Positions 17,046 to 26,283 of a stretch of 42,043 nucleotides of DNA are shown piece by piece. The stretch covers positions 1 to 42,043 of the IMG/VR virus record IMGVR_UViG_3300025572_000014; one strand, given 5' to 3'. This stretch comes from a virus. Lineage: Duplodnaviria; Caudoviricetes. Every line of letters starts with the position of its first letter. The stretch's first letter is position 1. The notes under the pieces were generated by a model. The model was not told the origin of the DNA. It saw nothing but the letters and a program-made list of their open reading frames with translations, and searched no databases. Both the position numbers and the translations under genes were made by a program.

Positions 17046-17945
17046 TCACGCCCCTGCTCCAGCGCTGCCGACAAGACCGCGGTAATCGTAATAACCGACA
17101 TCGAAGCGCTTGAATCCGAACACGAAGAAGTCCACCGTCTTCGGAAGCTTTTGCGAGTCGAACCATTCCTTCTCGCGAACGAGGAAGGCCAGGTTCTCGT
17201 ACGATGAGTCGCGAATCACCCAGATGTCGCCTTCAATATAGTCCATGACGATGACTTTGAGCCCCTCGATCACGTTCTTCGTGTTCGAGAGTTCATGCGC
17301 TTGCAGGTTCGAGCCGACGATCTCCTTCGCCGTAAATTCGAGATCCGGACCGACGATGAGTTGGTCCGCCCGCGCTTGAATCTTGTGGCCTGCACCGTTC
17401 ACTTGATTGCGCATTTTCGTCATAGCCGTTTTGAGGTTGGCCGGTGTCAGCGCGCCCGTCGCCAGGTTGTCCAGCACGTCGCTGGAATCCTCAAGCGGAT
17501 GGTTTGACGCGAACAGCGGCACGCCGTCGTAGCCAACGTTCGTAAAGCCGTTGTTGATCACGTTCGCAGCTTCCGTCTCTTCCGTCGTCCGAAGACCTCG
17601 GCCAAGTCCCCGAGCGGAGCCGTCCACGCCGCGGCCGTTGAACACACCGTACAGATCGTCTTTGACGAGCTCCCACGTCACCGTGTACCCGTTGTCGAAC
17701 CGGCGGGCAACGAACTTTGCCGTCGGGCCTTGGCTCATTTGGTCTTCGTTGATCGTGTTGCCCTCAGTGTTCTCTCTCCACGCCGAAAGGTCACCGATGT
17801 GCGGGAAGGATTCTTCCTTCTTGCGCATCCGGCCGACTTTGAAAATTTTCGGATACTGCAGTTCCTTCTCTTTGTACGAACGCCCGATGATTTTCACATG
17901 AATGGGCGTCAAGAGTTCTTGGAAGTTGTCGCGAGTCAGTTTCAT
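17046..17945 (-). CDS. Major capsid protein (HK97 fold, Mu gpT-like)
   Basis: GYDGVPLFASNHP and LIVGPDLEFTA motifs, C-terminal GYYDYRGLVGS, position in the head module. Confidence 0.88.
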   Translation of the reverse strand: MKLTRDNFQELLTPIHVKIIGRSYKEKELQYPKIFKVGRMRKKEESFPHIGDLSAWRENTEGNTINEDQMSQGPTAKFVARRFDNGYTVTWELVKDDLYGVFNGRGVDGSARGLGRGLRTTEETEAANVINNGFTNVGYDGVPLFASNHPLEDSSDVLDNLATGALTPANLKTAMTKMRNQVNGAGHKIQARADQLIVGPDLEFTAKEIVGSNLQAHELSNTKNVIEGLKVIVMDYIEGDIWVIRDSSYENLAFLVREKEWFDSQKLPKTVDFFVFGFKRFDVGYYDYRGLVGSAGAGA

Positions 17946-17969
17946 GGATTATTGTCACTCCTTATCCGA

Positions 17970-18404
17970 TTAGTTTCCCGTGAACACGCGGCTGGTGACA
18001 AGCACGTCTGCCACTTTCGCACCAGTGTCCACGTTGCCGACAACTTGCATGAATCCGTTCGTGGTGGTGTCCGCATCGAATTGATACGGAGTGTCGCCAA
18101 GGGCATATTTCGTGCCGATGGCCGGTGTCGCACTGCCCTTGTACGGCGCAACGAAAATCGATTTCGGATTGATGTCCACGAAGATCGTCTCGTCCGCGCC
18201 GGGATTCGCGCCCGTCACGATGTCCGAGTCGGACACGCCGAGAACCGTGCCGGACGTGGGATTGCTGGCAGCCACCTTTGCCTTGCCCGTATCCAGCACC
18301 ACAATGTCGCCACGATGAATCGTTTGATTGGCCGCCACCGGGAAACGGCGCAAAATTTGACCGGTTCCGTCCAGAGAACCGCGATAAACCAACCGTCTCG
18401 TCAA
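17970..18404 (-). CDS. Capsid cement/auxiliary protein
   Basis: TIHRGDIVVLDTG...LGVS pattern, between scaffold and capsid, GAAAGGA RBS. Confidence 0.6.
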   Translation of the reverse strand: MTRRLVYRGSLDGTGQILRRFPVAANQTIHRGDIVVLDTGKAKVAASNPTSGTVLGVSDSDIVTGANPGADETIFVDINPKSIFVAPYKGSATPAIGTKYALGDTPYQFDADTTTNGFMQVVGNVDTGAKVADVLVTSRVFTGN

Positions 18405-18410
18405 TTTCTA

Positions 18411-19388
18411 TCATCCTTTCGGTTTGTAATACTTCGCGTACTCCGCCACGCTTTCGAAAATTCCCATCTTGACGGCCGCCTCCGCAGCCGCCAGAGCGTC
18501 CGGCGGAAGATTGACTTTTTGCTTCACTACAGGCGCGCCGCTAGGCGTCGTATCGACTTTCGCCTTCTGGCGCTGCTGCTGTTTGGCAAGGACGCGCTGT
18601 TCGATCTCGCGCTCCATTTCCTTCATGCGCTGACGGCCGCGCTTTGCCATGTACACTTCAGCCAGCGTTTGGCCGGTGCGCTCGGCGATTTCCTCGAATT
18701 CCTCGCGGAAATCCTCGATGTCGGCGAAGAACGGATCTCTTTTCAACTCGGCGATTTCCTGCGCGTATTTGAGCCTGCGGATCTCCGCCCGTTGCCGATC
18801 CAATTCGCGCTGCTGTTGGAGTTGTGCCATGGCGAGTTCCGGCGCGATGCCCTTTTCCTTGGCGATCTTCGCGGCTTCCGCGGCATCGAGTCTCGCTTGC
18901 AAGTCCGCAATGTCGCTTACGCCGACGAGTTTCATCAGTTTTTCGGCAATCGCAGCTTGCTTGCGCAGTTCCGCCATTTGCGCTTGCAGACGCTTGCGCT
19001 CGGCAATCACGGCCTTGGCAATCGGATTGTCGCCCTTGTCCTTCTTGGCATCGGACTTCTCCGCATCGGCATCCGCGCTCTCAGGCTCAGAATCGCTTTC
19101 TGGAGCGTCTTCCGCCTGACCGGTATCTTCCCCTTCGATCGATTCTTCCGCGTCCTCTGCGCCTTCCTGTGCGTCGTCAGCGCCATCCTCAAAGTCGATA
19201 CCTTCGTCATCGATTTCGATGTCGTTCAGAACGTCGTCCGCGTCGAAATCGTCGTCATTGGATCCGGTACCGGCGCCGCTGGCAGGTCCATCGTCAATCT
19301 CGAACGTCTGTCCATCGATGGTGATGGACCGCTCGCCGGCAAACCATTGCAAATCTAACGTCAACGGAAAATGTTTGATCTTGTCCAT
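18411..19388 (-). CDS. Capsid scaffolding protein
   Basis: N-terminal LDLQWFA motif, acidic disordered segment, coiled coil, upstream of the capsid gene. Confidence 0.8.
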   Translation of the reverse strand: MDKIKHFPLTLDLQWFAGERSITIDGQTFEIDDGPASGAGTGSNDDDFDADDVLNDIEIDDEGIDFEDGADDAQEGAEDAEESIEGEDTGQAEDAPESDSEPESADADAEKSDAKKDKGDNPIAKAVIAERKRLQAQMAELRKQAAIAEKLMKLVGVSDIADLQARLDAAEAAKIAKEKGIAPELAMAQLQQQRELDRQRAEIRRLKYAQEIAELKRDPFFADIEDFREEFEEIAERTGQTLAEVYMAKRGRQRMKEMEREIEQRVLAKQQQRQKAKVDTTPSGAPVVKQKVNLPPDALAAAEAAVKMGIFESVAEYAKYYKPKG

Positions 19389-19519
19389 GCAAAGAAAACC
19401 TCCTCGCCCTTTATCGCGGGGCACTCGAAATGCGATTTTTCGTCAGGAACCGATAACCTGGCTTTTTTGGACGGTCTGTGCTGACCGAGAAAGCGGCGCT
19501 CTTGCCCGCGCCGAAGGGC

Positions 19520-19550
19520 AAACAAAAGCACCCTCCGAAAAGGAGAGTGC
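19520..19550 (-). terminator. Intrinsic terminator upstream of the scaffold gene
   Basis: GCACUCUCC-uuuuc-GGAGGGUGC-UUUUGUUU. Confidence 0.65.
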
Positions 19551-19558
19551 GGGAAATA

Positions 19559-19750
19559 TCAAGCGAACCTTTTTCCAACGAAATAGAAGAATCCGTCTTT
19601 GCCTCTGACCACCATCGGCCTTCGGCACTCATCGCATGAATAAATCATCAGTTCTTCGTCCCAAATCTCATTAAGCAAGTCGATGAAATGTTCTGTATCG
19701 CAACAATTAACACGCACATATCTCCCCACCAACTTGCTTTTTGTCATCAC
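19559..19750 (-). CDS. Small Cys-containing hypothetical protein
   Basis: 63-aa ORF with CC and CxxC, translationally coupled to the upstream gene. Confidence 0.5.
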   Translation of the reverse strand: MMTKSKLVGRYVRVNCCDTEHFIDLLNEIWDEELMIYSCDECRRPMVVRGKDGFFYFVGKRFA

Positions 19751-19902
19751 TAACCCTTCTTCCGACGCTTCATCTTGTTAACCGTGGCGTACCCAATCCG
19801 CTCGGCTTCCGCTTTCGGAACGCCGCGCTTCATCTCGGATTTCATGATGTGCTTCGCCATGCGATCCTGCTTCGCCGTGAACCGTCTCCCTGCTCCGGGC
19901 AT
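19750..19902 (-). CDS. Small basic protein, ChaB-like (MPGAGRRFTAKQDRMAKHIMKSEMKRGVPKAEAERIGYATVNKMKRRKKG); absent from the ORF track
   Basis: AAGGAG RBS; KQ.R.A.HI...RG....AER..ATVNK motif. Confidence 0.7.
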   Translation of the reverse strand: MPGAGRRFTAKQDRMAKHIMKSEMKRGVPKAEAERIGYATVNKMKRRKKG

Positions 19903-19908
19903 CGCTTG

Positions 19909-20331
19909 TCACTCCTTCTCCGCGGCCATCGCATTACGCACCAGCTCGCGCAGCTGTTCATCCGACGCGCCGCCGAAGAACCGAATTTGCCGCTCCCTGA
20001 GAAACGCCCTCAGTTCATCGCGGGAAGCCGTCTCAACGTCGAACGGCTTTTCTTCTGCCGCCGCGGGAGCGCTTTGCGGCGGCGGTTCTCGCTCGCCAAC
20101 CGCACTGATCGTCAGCACCTTGTAGCTGTGCGCAATCGGTTGGAGCCAGAGAATGTAAATCTGACCGCATTCCGGGCAAGCCGATTCTGAGAACCACTGC
20201 GCGTGTCCGCCCCAAAGCCGGTCGTTACCAGCGCCGAACGTCACCCGGGCATTTTTCAGCGGCGGCCGGATGTCCTTCGCCGTAAACGTGTGATTGCAGC
20301 AGGTCGTCGTGTTCAAATGCGTAACTGTCAC
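19909..20331 (-). CDS. Zn-binding protein with a small C-terminal helical (HeH/Rho-N-like) domain
   Basis: CC and CPECG motifs; SRDELRAFLRERQIRF...DEQLRELV C-terminus. Confidence 0.55.
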   Translation of the reverse strand: MTVTHLNTTTCCNHTFTAKDIRPPLKNARVTFGAGNDRLWGGHAQWFSESACPECGQIYILWLQPIAHSYKVLTISAVGEREPPPQSAPAAAEEKPFDVETASRDELRAFLRERQIRFFGGASDEQLRELVRNAMAAEKE

Positions 20332-20594
20332 CGTCGATACAACTCCTCCTCAATGTATTCGCGCATGACCAGCGTCGTCGTCCCTTGATAACCGCACGCC
20401 GGGCACGTAGCGATGCGATGCTTGCCCCAGCTTCCTTTCCGACCGTTCCCGCGCAGCATAATCGCCTCGCATCGAGGGCAAATCGGATGATCAGCGTAAA
20501 TTCGCTCGTCGCTGGAGCCAATCAAGGGATGTGCGGCGGCGTGCCGTTTCCAATCATCCAATGTGATCTTCCGCGTCAACACCTCACGCAACAC
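20328..20594 (-). CDS. Zn-ribbon protein
   Basis: CPRC...CPAC, coupled to the portal gene. Confidence 0.6.
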   Translation of the reverse strand: MLREVLTRKITLDDWKRHAAAHPLIGSSDERIYADHPICPRCEAIMLRGNGRKGSWGKHRIATCPACGYQGTTTLVMREYIEEELYRR

Positions 20595-22521
20595 CTCCTA
20601 TCCGCGGCATTCTCGGGCTTCCTGTGCCCGTCAGACCGCCGACAAGAGGATTGGGCATATCAGACATAGGCGCGGCTCCTGTCGGCGCTCCAGCGGCCCC
20701 TGCGGGGCTCATAGCGCCCCCCTGGGAGCGCTGTAATGCTTCCTGAATCATCGCTTGCACCTGGTCCTGCGTCATCGGCGGCTGTTCCTCGATCGGCAGC
20801 CCGATGTACTCTTTCAGCAGTTTCCGCATTTCTTGCGGCGTGAGCAGACCAGCCGATTCTTTGATCACGCTGTAGATGAACGCTTTGTTCTGCGGCAGAC
20901 CGGCGCCAACCGTCACTGTGATGTTCAGCGCAATCTTCTTCTTGATCGGTTCTCGGTTGCCAAACTCATCCGGTTCGCCCATCAGCGGCATGAACTCCGG
21001 CGGCTCCGAACCGGGGAACTCGCGCAAAAACGCCTCCTGATAAGAAGGCGTCGCCGGAATCAGCACCGGAATTTGGAGCATGTCGCTCGGACGGAAGAAA
21101 TCGAACTCGCCCGGCTTTTCGGTCAGCTCGAAGAACTGTTCCTCCGTCCAATGCATCATGCAGAGTTCCAGGCAGTACTCGAACACTTCGGCGAGCGTTT
21201 CTTCGAGCAAAATCTTGCTGTGGTTGATGCCGCTCGTCGCACTTTGCTGGAGCGCCAGCGCTTCCGTCGCCGTATCAACGCCCGCTTGTTTTACACCCAC
21301 CTGCTGGTCCCCAAAGCGTGTCACGATCTGGCGTTCGATGCCGAGCGCCTGGTCGCGACGCTGGAAGATGTATGCTTCCATCCCCGGCGGCTCCAGCCAC
21401 TTCATGCCGTTCACGTCGTTGGACGGAATCGCAAGACCCGCCTCGTTCGTCAACTTCTCCGGGTCGATGCCGCTGTTCACGTCAACAATGCGCTGCGGAT
21501 TCCCCGTGAGCCGCGCGTTGATGCGAATCTGGTCGTCCAAATCGTCAATCAGGTCCTGCGTCTTGATCAGCAATTCCGCCGTCGATTTGCCCCAAACCGT
21601 GCCTTCACGGTACATATCCGGCGTCGCGAAGTACGGATACCGCGCGTCCGGGAAGATGCGAACGCCTTCTTCTTCCTCCTCCTGCTTCGTATCCCGCAGA
21701 ATCACGCCGCATCCGCTCATTTCGACGAGTCGGAGCCGCAATTCGCCGTCCTTCGTTCGATACCGCGTGAAGACGAACATATGCAGGTACGAATCGCGGC
21801 TGATTGCGTCCACCTTGCCTTCTTCTTCGCCAAAGATAAGCTGCGCCTCCGCCGGATGATAGCCCGGCTCGATGGCGTTGACCAGCTCCTCAGGATAATG
21901 CTCCCGGGCGTAATTCAGCGACCTGTTGATGTACTCGATCACGAACCGGCCCTCTTGGGTGCGATAGATGTCTGTCACCGTCGGGTCAAAAAACACATAG
22001 GCCGGATTGCACGGTTCTATGCACGGCAGACCAAAGCCGTCCAGCTTGTCCGGGTCAAACAGCACGCGGAAGATGCCTGTGCCGAACTTCTTCCGGCGCC
22101 GCTCGTGGATGTCCAGTTTGCGGCGCATCTTGTTTTGCTCCTTGACAAACTCCATCACCATGCGCGCGCGTTCTGCCCAAGGCATGTCGGACGGGCCGCG
22201 CGGCTTGGCCTCAATGGCAATGTTTTGCTCGACCAGGTACGCGACCTGACCCTCCACGTTCGGATTGACGATGTTCGTATTGCTGGCCGGATCCGTGTCG
22301 CTCTCCGGCGGATTCGCGTCGCCTTCCCAATAGAGATCCACGCGCTCCCATTTGTCGAACAGGCCGCGGTTTTCTTTATCGAGCCACGCCGAGCGGAACC
22401 ATTCCAGGAACTTGTCTGCTTCCTTGCATTGCTCTTCCGTCATCACATCGACGCGGCGCTTATTCGTGCGGTCGTTCGTGAGAAACGGGAATTCTTCTTC
22501 AAACGGGTCGAAACTGGCCAC
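20584..22521 (-). CDS. Portal protein (P22/podovirus-like)
   Basis: ~645 aa after terL; TNIVNPNVEGQVA, GTGIFRV, LIKTQDLID and TATEALALQ motifs; GAAAGGAG RBS before GTG 22521. Confidence 0.88.
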   Translation of the reverse strand: MASFDPFEEEFPFLTNDRTNKRRVDVMTEEQCKEADKFLEWFRSAWLDKENRGLFDKWERVDLYWEGDANPPESDTDPASNTNIVNPNVEGQVAYLVEQNIAIEAKPRGPSDMPWAERARMVMEFVKEQNKMRRKLDIHERRRKKFGTGIFRVLFDPDKLDGFGLPCIEPCNPAYVFFDPTVTDIYRTQEGRFVIEYINRSLNYAREHYPEELVNAIEPGYHPAEAQLIFGEEEGKVDAISRDSYLHMFVFTRYRTKDGELRLRLVEMSGCGVILRDTKQEEEEEGVRIFPDARYPYFATPDMYREGTVWGKSTAELLIKTQDLIDDLDDQIRINARLTGNPQRIVDVNSGIDPEKLTNEAGLAIPSNDVNGMKWLEPPGMEAYIFQRRDQALGIERQIVTRFGDQQVGVKQAGVDTATEALALQQSATSGINHSKILLEETLAEVFEYCLELCMMHWTEEQFFELTEKPGEFDFFRPSDMLQIPVLIPATPSYQEAFLREFPGSEPPEFMPLMGEPDEFGNREPIKKKIALNITVTVGAGLPQNKAFIYSVIKESAGLLTPQEMRKLLKEYIGLPIEEQPPMTQDQVQAMIQEALQRSQGGAMSPAGAAGAPTGAAPMSDMPNPLVGGLTGTGSPRMPRIGGVA

Positions 22522-22540
22522 CGAATCACTCCTTTCGCGC

Positions 22541-22585
22541 AAAATAAAAAAGCCCTGACAACGGCGCTAGGCCATCATTAGGGCT
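22541..22585 (-). terminator. Intrinsic terminator between the Com-like gene and the portal
   Basis: AGCCCU-AAUGAUGGC-cuagc-GCCGUUGUC-AGGGCU-UUUUUAUUUU. Confidence 0.75.
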
Positions 22586-22600
22586 TCGGGAGCCTCTAAG

Positions 22601-22705
22601 CTATTCCGTTTTGTTTAGCGTCTTGCACCGCGGGCAGATGATCTCCGCGCAGCCTCGGATGCGTCCGAGAAGTTTATTGCACTTGCGGCAGCGGAAGTCG
22701 ATCAT
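22601..22705 (-). CDS. Com-family zinc-finger regulator (MIDFRCRKCNKLLGRIRGCAEIICPRCKTLNKTE); absent from the ORF track
   Basis: AGGAGG RBS; RCxxCxKLL...EIxCPRCKTLN is the Mu Com-like signature. Confidence 0.8.
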   Translation of the reverse strand: MIDFRCRKCNKLLGRIRGCAEIICPRCKTLNKTE

Positions 22706-22731
22706 GACGCCGTTCCTCCTAGGGAATCTAT

Positions 22732-23025
22732 TTACTCCTCCAGCTCCTCCAGTCTGCCATTGTCGCCCTTTGGCTTCACCGGCTCATACAGCCCGCGCTT
22801 CGTTTTAAAATCCTCGTACCGCGTCTCGTACGTCCGCAGCGGATTGCGAAGGCTCGGTTTTACGCGCTTGACTTTGATCGTCTCCTCGTCCGTAGAGAAT
22901 GGGGGCGGGATGCTCTTCGCTCTTTTGTCCGTCACTAAAAACGCGCCAAACATCGCCCCAACAGCGAAGATGAGAAGTGCCGAAATCACTTCCGCAGCAT
23001 ATTCCATCCATTCATGGCTTTCCAT
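22732..23025 (-). CDS. Small membrane protein
   Basis: N-terminal TM helix, AAGGGGG RBS. Confidence 0.55.
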   Translation of the reverse strand: MESHEWMEYAAEVISALLIFAVGAMFGAFLVTDKRAKSIPPPFSTDEETIKVKRVKPSLRNPLRTYETRYEDFKTKRGLYEPVKPKGDNGRLEELEE

Positions 23026-23203
23026 TCCCCACGTCCCCCTTCGCAAAACTGGCGATAAATCCGCACGCCTCGCAGCGGTAGTGACTCATCCGCGTCGGCC
23101 GCATCCCGTCCGCTTTCCAATGCGGATAGCCCATGTCCGTGCGCGACTGACGCCATGAAGTTCCGCCGCACATGGGGCATTTCATTTTCCCCGGTTCCAT
23201 CAC
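23012..23203 (-). CDS. Small Zn-ribbon protein
   Basis: CPMCG...CEACG, overlaps the terL stop. Confidence 0.55.
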   Translation of the reverse strand: MMEPGKMKCPMCGGTSWRQSRTDMGYPHWKADGMRPTRMSHYRCEACGFIASFAKGDVGNGKP

Positions 23204-24720
23204 AACACCTTCCTGATCTCGTATTTACTGAGGCCCAAATCCTCCAGCTCCGTCGGCGTGTAAAACTCACCTAGAAGCCGCCGTTTTTCCTTCGGCACAA
23301 ACCGATATTGCAGACGATTCAGCGCCTGACTCATCGCGTCTACCTGGTCGTCATGCGCGCCTTTCGGAAACGCCGCGCACTCGTCGATGAATTCCTCGAC
23401 CCACGGTTTGCCGCGCGGCAGATAGACGTTTCCCGCCTCGATCTCCGGCGCCACCGCAGACACGCGAGCAACCTTTCCACCTTCGGGCTGTACGGGCACG
23501 AGTCCGCCGACTTTGGTCCGCAGCATCTGTATGACCGCCGGGCCGTTAGCTTTGTCCTCGATGAGCTTCAGCTTCGCTTGCGGCCATTTTGCGGTCATCC
23601 GCACAATCGCATCCATCGTCTGCACGATGTCCATGCGGTCGCGCACCTGGTCGACGAGGTACTTATCCGCGCCGATGCGGCCCCATACCTGCCCCACCAC
23701 GTAGTCGCTTCCGTCGCTGTCTTTGAACGCGCAGTCCCAGCTTTGAATTATCTCGTCAAACCGCATGAAGCGCGGATCGATGTCGTAAAACCGCCACCAT
23801 TCGCGCTTTAACATCGCGCCTTCTGCGGCGCTCGGACGTTGTTGGTAGAGCGCGTTAAAGAAGTATGTCCCGACGGCTCGCCGCGTCTCCTCCAGCCGCT
23901 TTGCATCAAATCCGCCCTCCGGCCAGAGCGCTTCGCCCGGTTTTCGTCCGAGCATGTCGCCATCCTCTGCCAGCGCCGGAAAATTGATCACCGTCCAGCG
24001 CTCGCCTTCGTGCGTGCCCTCGGCGATCTCCTCGCGCTCCTTTTGCAGCAACCGCCCGATCAAATCATCCTCGTGCCAGCGCGTCGCAACGATGATGATG
24101 CGGCCGTCGCTCGTCAGCCGCGTAAACAACGTCGATTGGTACCACTCGTAAATCTTCTCGCGAATCGTCTCGCTCGCGGCTTCTTCGGCGTTTTTCAAAT
24201 AGTCGTCGATGATCGCGATTCTTGCGCCGCGCCCGGTGATCGGACCACCGATACCGGCGGCATTCAGCCCGCCGCGATGCCCGGCGATGCCCCAGCTCTC
24301 TGCGCTATGGTTGTCTGGGTCGATCTCGACGCCCGGAAACACCTCCGGCCGCGCCGCTAACGTGTCGCGAGCAATCCGCGAAAAATCGCGCGCAAGGTCA
24401 ATCGAATACGACGCAAGGATGATCTCGTCGTCCGGATTGCGCCCCAGGTGCCACGCAGGAAACTTTTTAGATACGCGCTCGCTTTTGCCATGCCGCGGCG
24501 GCATCGTCACGATCAGGCGCTTGATTTTGCCTTCGCTGACATCTTGAAGTGCGCGATCCAGCACGTCCAGATGCTTGCCTGGCGTATCCCGGAACCCACT
24601 GTCATAGTCCATGAAGTAGGTGAACGACTGATACGCCAGCGCCTTGCGCACGTCCTCCAGCGATGGCAGGCGGAGAGCGGGGGCGCCACTCTTGCGCTTA
24701 GCCTTCTTCGTCGCGCTCAT
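23200..24720 (-). CDS. terL: Terminase large subunit
   Basis: MPPRHGKS Walker A, IIDDY Walker B, TRWHEDD, SWDCA nuclease motif, IEDKANG, HDDQVDA. Confidence 0.95.
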   Translation of the reverse strand: MSATKKAKRKSGAPALRLPSLEDVRKALAYQSFTYFMDYDSGFRDTPGKHLDVLDRALQDVSEGKIKRLIVTMPPRHGKSERVSKKFPAWHLGRNPDDEIILASYSIDLARDFSRIARDTLAARPEVFPGVEIDPDNHSAESWGIAGHRGGLNAAGIGGPITGRGARIAIIDDYLKNAEEAASETIREKIYEWYQSTLFTRLTSDGRIIIVATRWHEDDLIGRLLQKEREEIAEGTHEGERWTVINFPALAEDGDMLGRKPGEALWPEGGFDAKRLEETRRAVGTYFFNALYQQRPSAAEGAMLKREWWRFYDIDPRFMRFDEIIQSWDCAFKDSDGSDYVVGQVWGRIGADKYLVDQVRDRMDIVQTMDAIVRMTAKWPQAKLKLIEDKANGPAVIQMLRTKVGGLVPVQPEGGKVARVSAVAPEIEAGNVYLPRGKPWVEEFIDECAAFPKGAHDDQVDAMSQALNRLQYRFVPKEKRRLLGEFYTPTELEDLGLSKYEIRKVL

Positions 24721-25376
24721 GGCTTGGCTTCCTTCCGCTTCTTTAGCCACGTTTTCCGACGCAACAGACGGCCGCATTCCGCGCCTGGTTCAAGCCACAA
24801 CTTCCACGGCAGCAATATCTTCCGCCTTTCCAGCGGATCGGCGTTCATCACCAACCGGCACAGCGTGGCGTTGATACGGTTTCTATCGCCACAAAAGATG
24901 ATTTCCGGGTTCAGATATAGCGGACGTTCCTCCACGACGCGCCCGTGCCGCTTCAATTGTTGCGCGTCCACAAACTCATAAATAATGCCCTTATCCAGCA
25001 ACGATGTTACCAGCGCCCGCGCCTGCCGCACGGAATACTTGGATGACTCAGCCAATGCGGAAATGGTCATATATCGGCCTTCCGCATCCACGACGGCGTT
25101 AGAGTGCATTTCTGTTCGACCCATCACAGACATCAAAAAAGCGAGTTCCGACGTGGTAAGATACTCGCTTTCGATGATGTAATTTAGGTTTTCGGCGATC
25201 ACCTGCACGAAACCGGCGGGATTGCGCGGCGTCACGTGGACGATCTTCACGTTTTGATCAACGGCCTTTTTCAGTTCCCGCGCCAGCGTGCCGACATCTA
25301 TTTCATTGTCAAAATCGCGTCGCCTGGCGTTCATCTCTGCGGCCCAAAAAGCCTGTTCTAGCGCGGCTCTACCCAC
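24717..25376 (-). CDS. RepL-like winged-helix replication/maintenance protein inserted between terS and terL
   Basis: FVQVIAENL...LT..E..FL...HTH...L.DKGII...LYLNPEIIFCG pattern of Firmicute plasmid RepL-type proteins; preceded by 22-bp iterons. Confidence 0.65.
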   Translation of the reverse strand: MGRAALEQAFWAAEMNARRRDFDNEIDVGTLARELKKAVDQNVKIVHVTPRNPAGFVQVIAENLNYIIESEYLTTSELAFLMSVMGRTEMHSNAVVDAEGRYMTISALAESSKYSVRQARALVTSLLDKGIIYEFVDAQQLKRHGRVVEERPLYLNPEIIFCGDRNRINATLCRLVMNADPLERRKILLPWKLWLEPGAECGRLLRRKTWLKKRKEAKP

Positions 25377-25396
25377 GTTCTCACCACCTTCGGCAG

Positions 25397-25438
25397 GTAG
25401 GAAATTTTTCGCCTACATGTAGGAAATTTTTCGCCTAC
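25397..25438. repeat. Two 20-bp direct repeats with 22-bp period (GTAGGAAATTTTTCGCCTAC), iteron/operator-like
   Basis: Exact copies at 25397-25416 and 25419-25438, each with GTAGG/CCTAC self-complementary ends, just upstream of the RepL-like gene. Confidence 0.85.
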
Positions 25439-25549
25439 CTTAAATCGACCACAAACCCAAGCGCAACAAGGGATTTCGGCGTTTTGGGTAGTGGTCTCCT
25501 ATCTCACTCTGTATATATACCTGCGACGCTATGAAGACATCTGTACAAA

Positions 25550-26074
25550 CTAGCTCGTTTTTTCTTCGTTTTTCTCTGCGCGTGACAAAAGCTGCTCCAA
25601 CTGCACCAACTCTTCCGGCGACAGGCTGCGCAGATCGTGCGTAATGGTCTGTTTGACCCCGCCGCTGTGCTCGATCTCGTGCTTGTCGCGCCAATTCTGC
25701 GGCTGTCTGTTTTTCAACCACGCCATCGCGGCGCCGGTGTCAGGTGCAACCTCTTTTACGACGCGCTTTGTGATGGTCTCTGTGCCGTCTTTTCCGGGCT
25801 CAACAGTGATTTCCTCGTACTGGTACCCTTTGGCTCGCTTGTAGAGGCTGGCGGCCACCTCGGCGTCTGCAATCTCTTTGCCCCTTTTTAGGGCGTCGCA
25901 AAACTCCGAATATGTATCCTTCCATCGGTAAATCGTTGCTACGTCTACACCAAGAAACTCTGCAAGTTGCGCATCAGTTGCTCCAAGAAGGCAAAACTTA
26001 TATGCTAAATCGGCATATTCCGGCTTATACTTGCTCGGCCGCCCGCCAATCCCTTTCCTGCTTTTCTTCTCCAC
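25550..26074 (-). CDS. terS: Terminase small subunit
   Basis: GRPSKY, HTH (GATDAQLAEFLGVDVATIYRWK), SLYKRAKGY and PDTGAAMAWLKNRQP motifs; GAGGGGG RBS before GTG 26074. Confidence 0.9.
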   Translation of the reverse strand: MEKKSRKGIGGRPSKYKPEYADLAYKFCLLGATDAQLAEFLGVDVATIYRWKDTYSEFCDALKRGKEIADAEVAASLYKRAKGYQYEEITVEPGKDGTETITKRVVKEVAPDTGAAMAWLKNRQPQNWRDKHEIEHSGGVKQTITHDLRSLSPEELVQLEQLLSRAEKNEEKTS

Positions 26075-26196
26075 ATCATCCGCCCCCTCGCGCGCGATTT
26101 CACCTAATGGCACTTCGTAAGACAAAAAACCGCACATTTTATCGCTTCGCAAAATTTGTTCACAAATTCGTAACATTTTGTTCGTATTATGTTCGT

Positions 26197-26225
26197 TTGA
26201 CAGTCGTAAAACGATGTGGTATGAT
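26197..26225 (+). promoter_or_regulatory. Near-consensus sigA promoter of the plus-strand operon
   Basis: TTGACA-17 nt-TATGAT with a TG extension and an AT-rich upstream region. Confidence 0.85.
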
Positions 26226-26237
26226 GAAGCCAACAAA

Positions 26238-26267
26238 GGCCGACAGCCGACGACAAGGGCGGCGGGC
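26238..26267 (+). repeat. Leader element A, copy 1 (GGCCGACAGCCGACGACAAGGGCGGCGGGC)
   Basis: Identical to 26680-26709; directly precedes an RBS. Confidence 0.9.
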
Positions 26268-26283
26268 GGAAAGGATGGTCAAA

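Noticed and set aside
4626-24981. Long plus-strand ORFs (e.g. 4626-6011, 6195-7334, 8699-9832, 17730-19358, 20755-22581)
   Set aside because: Antisense shadows of GC-rich minus-strand genes, with no RBS or recognisable motifs.
25912-26283. N-terminal extension of ORF 25912-26619 and the upstream extension of terS to 26236
   Set aside because: They overlap terS and the divergent promoter region; RBS positions support starts at 26284 and 26074.
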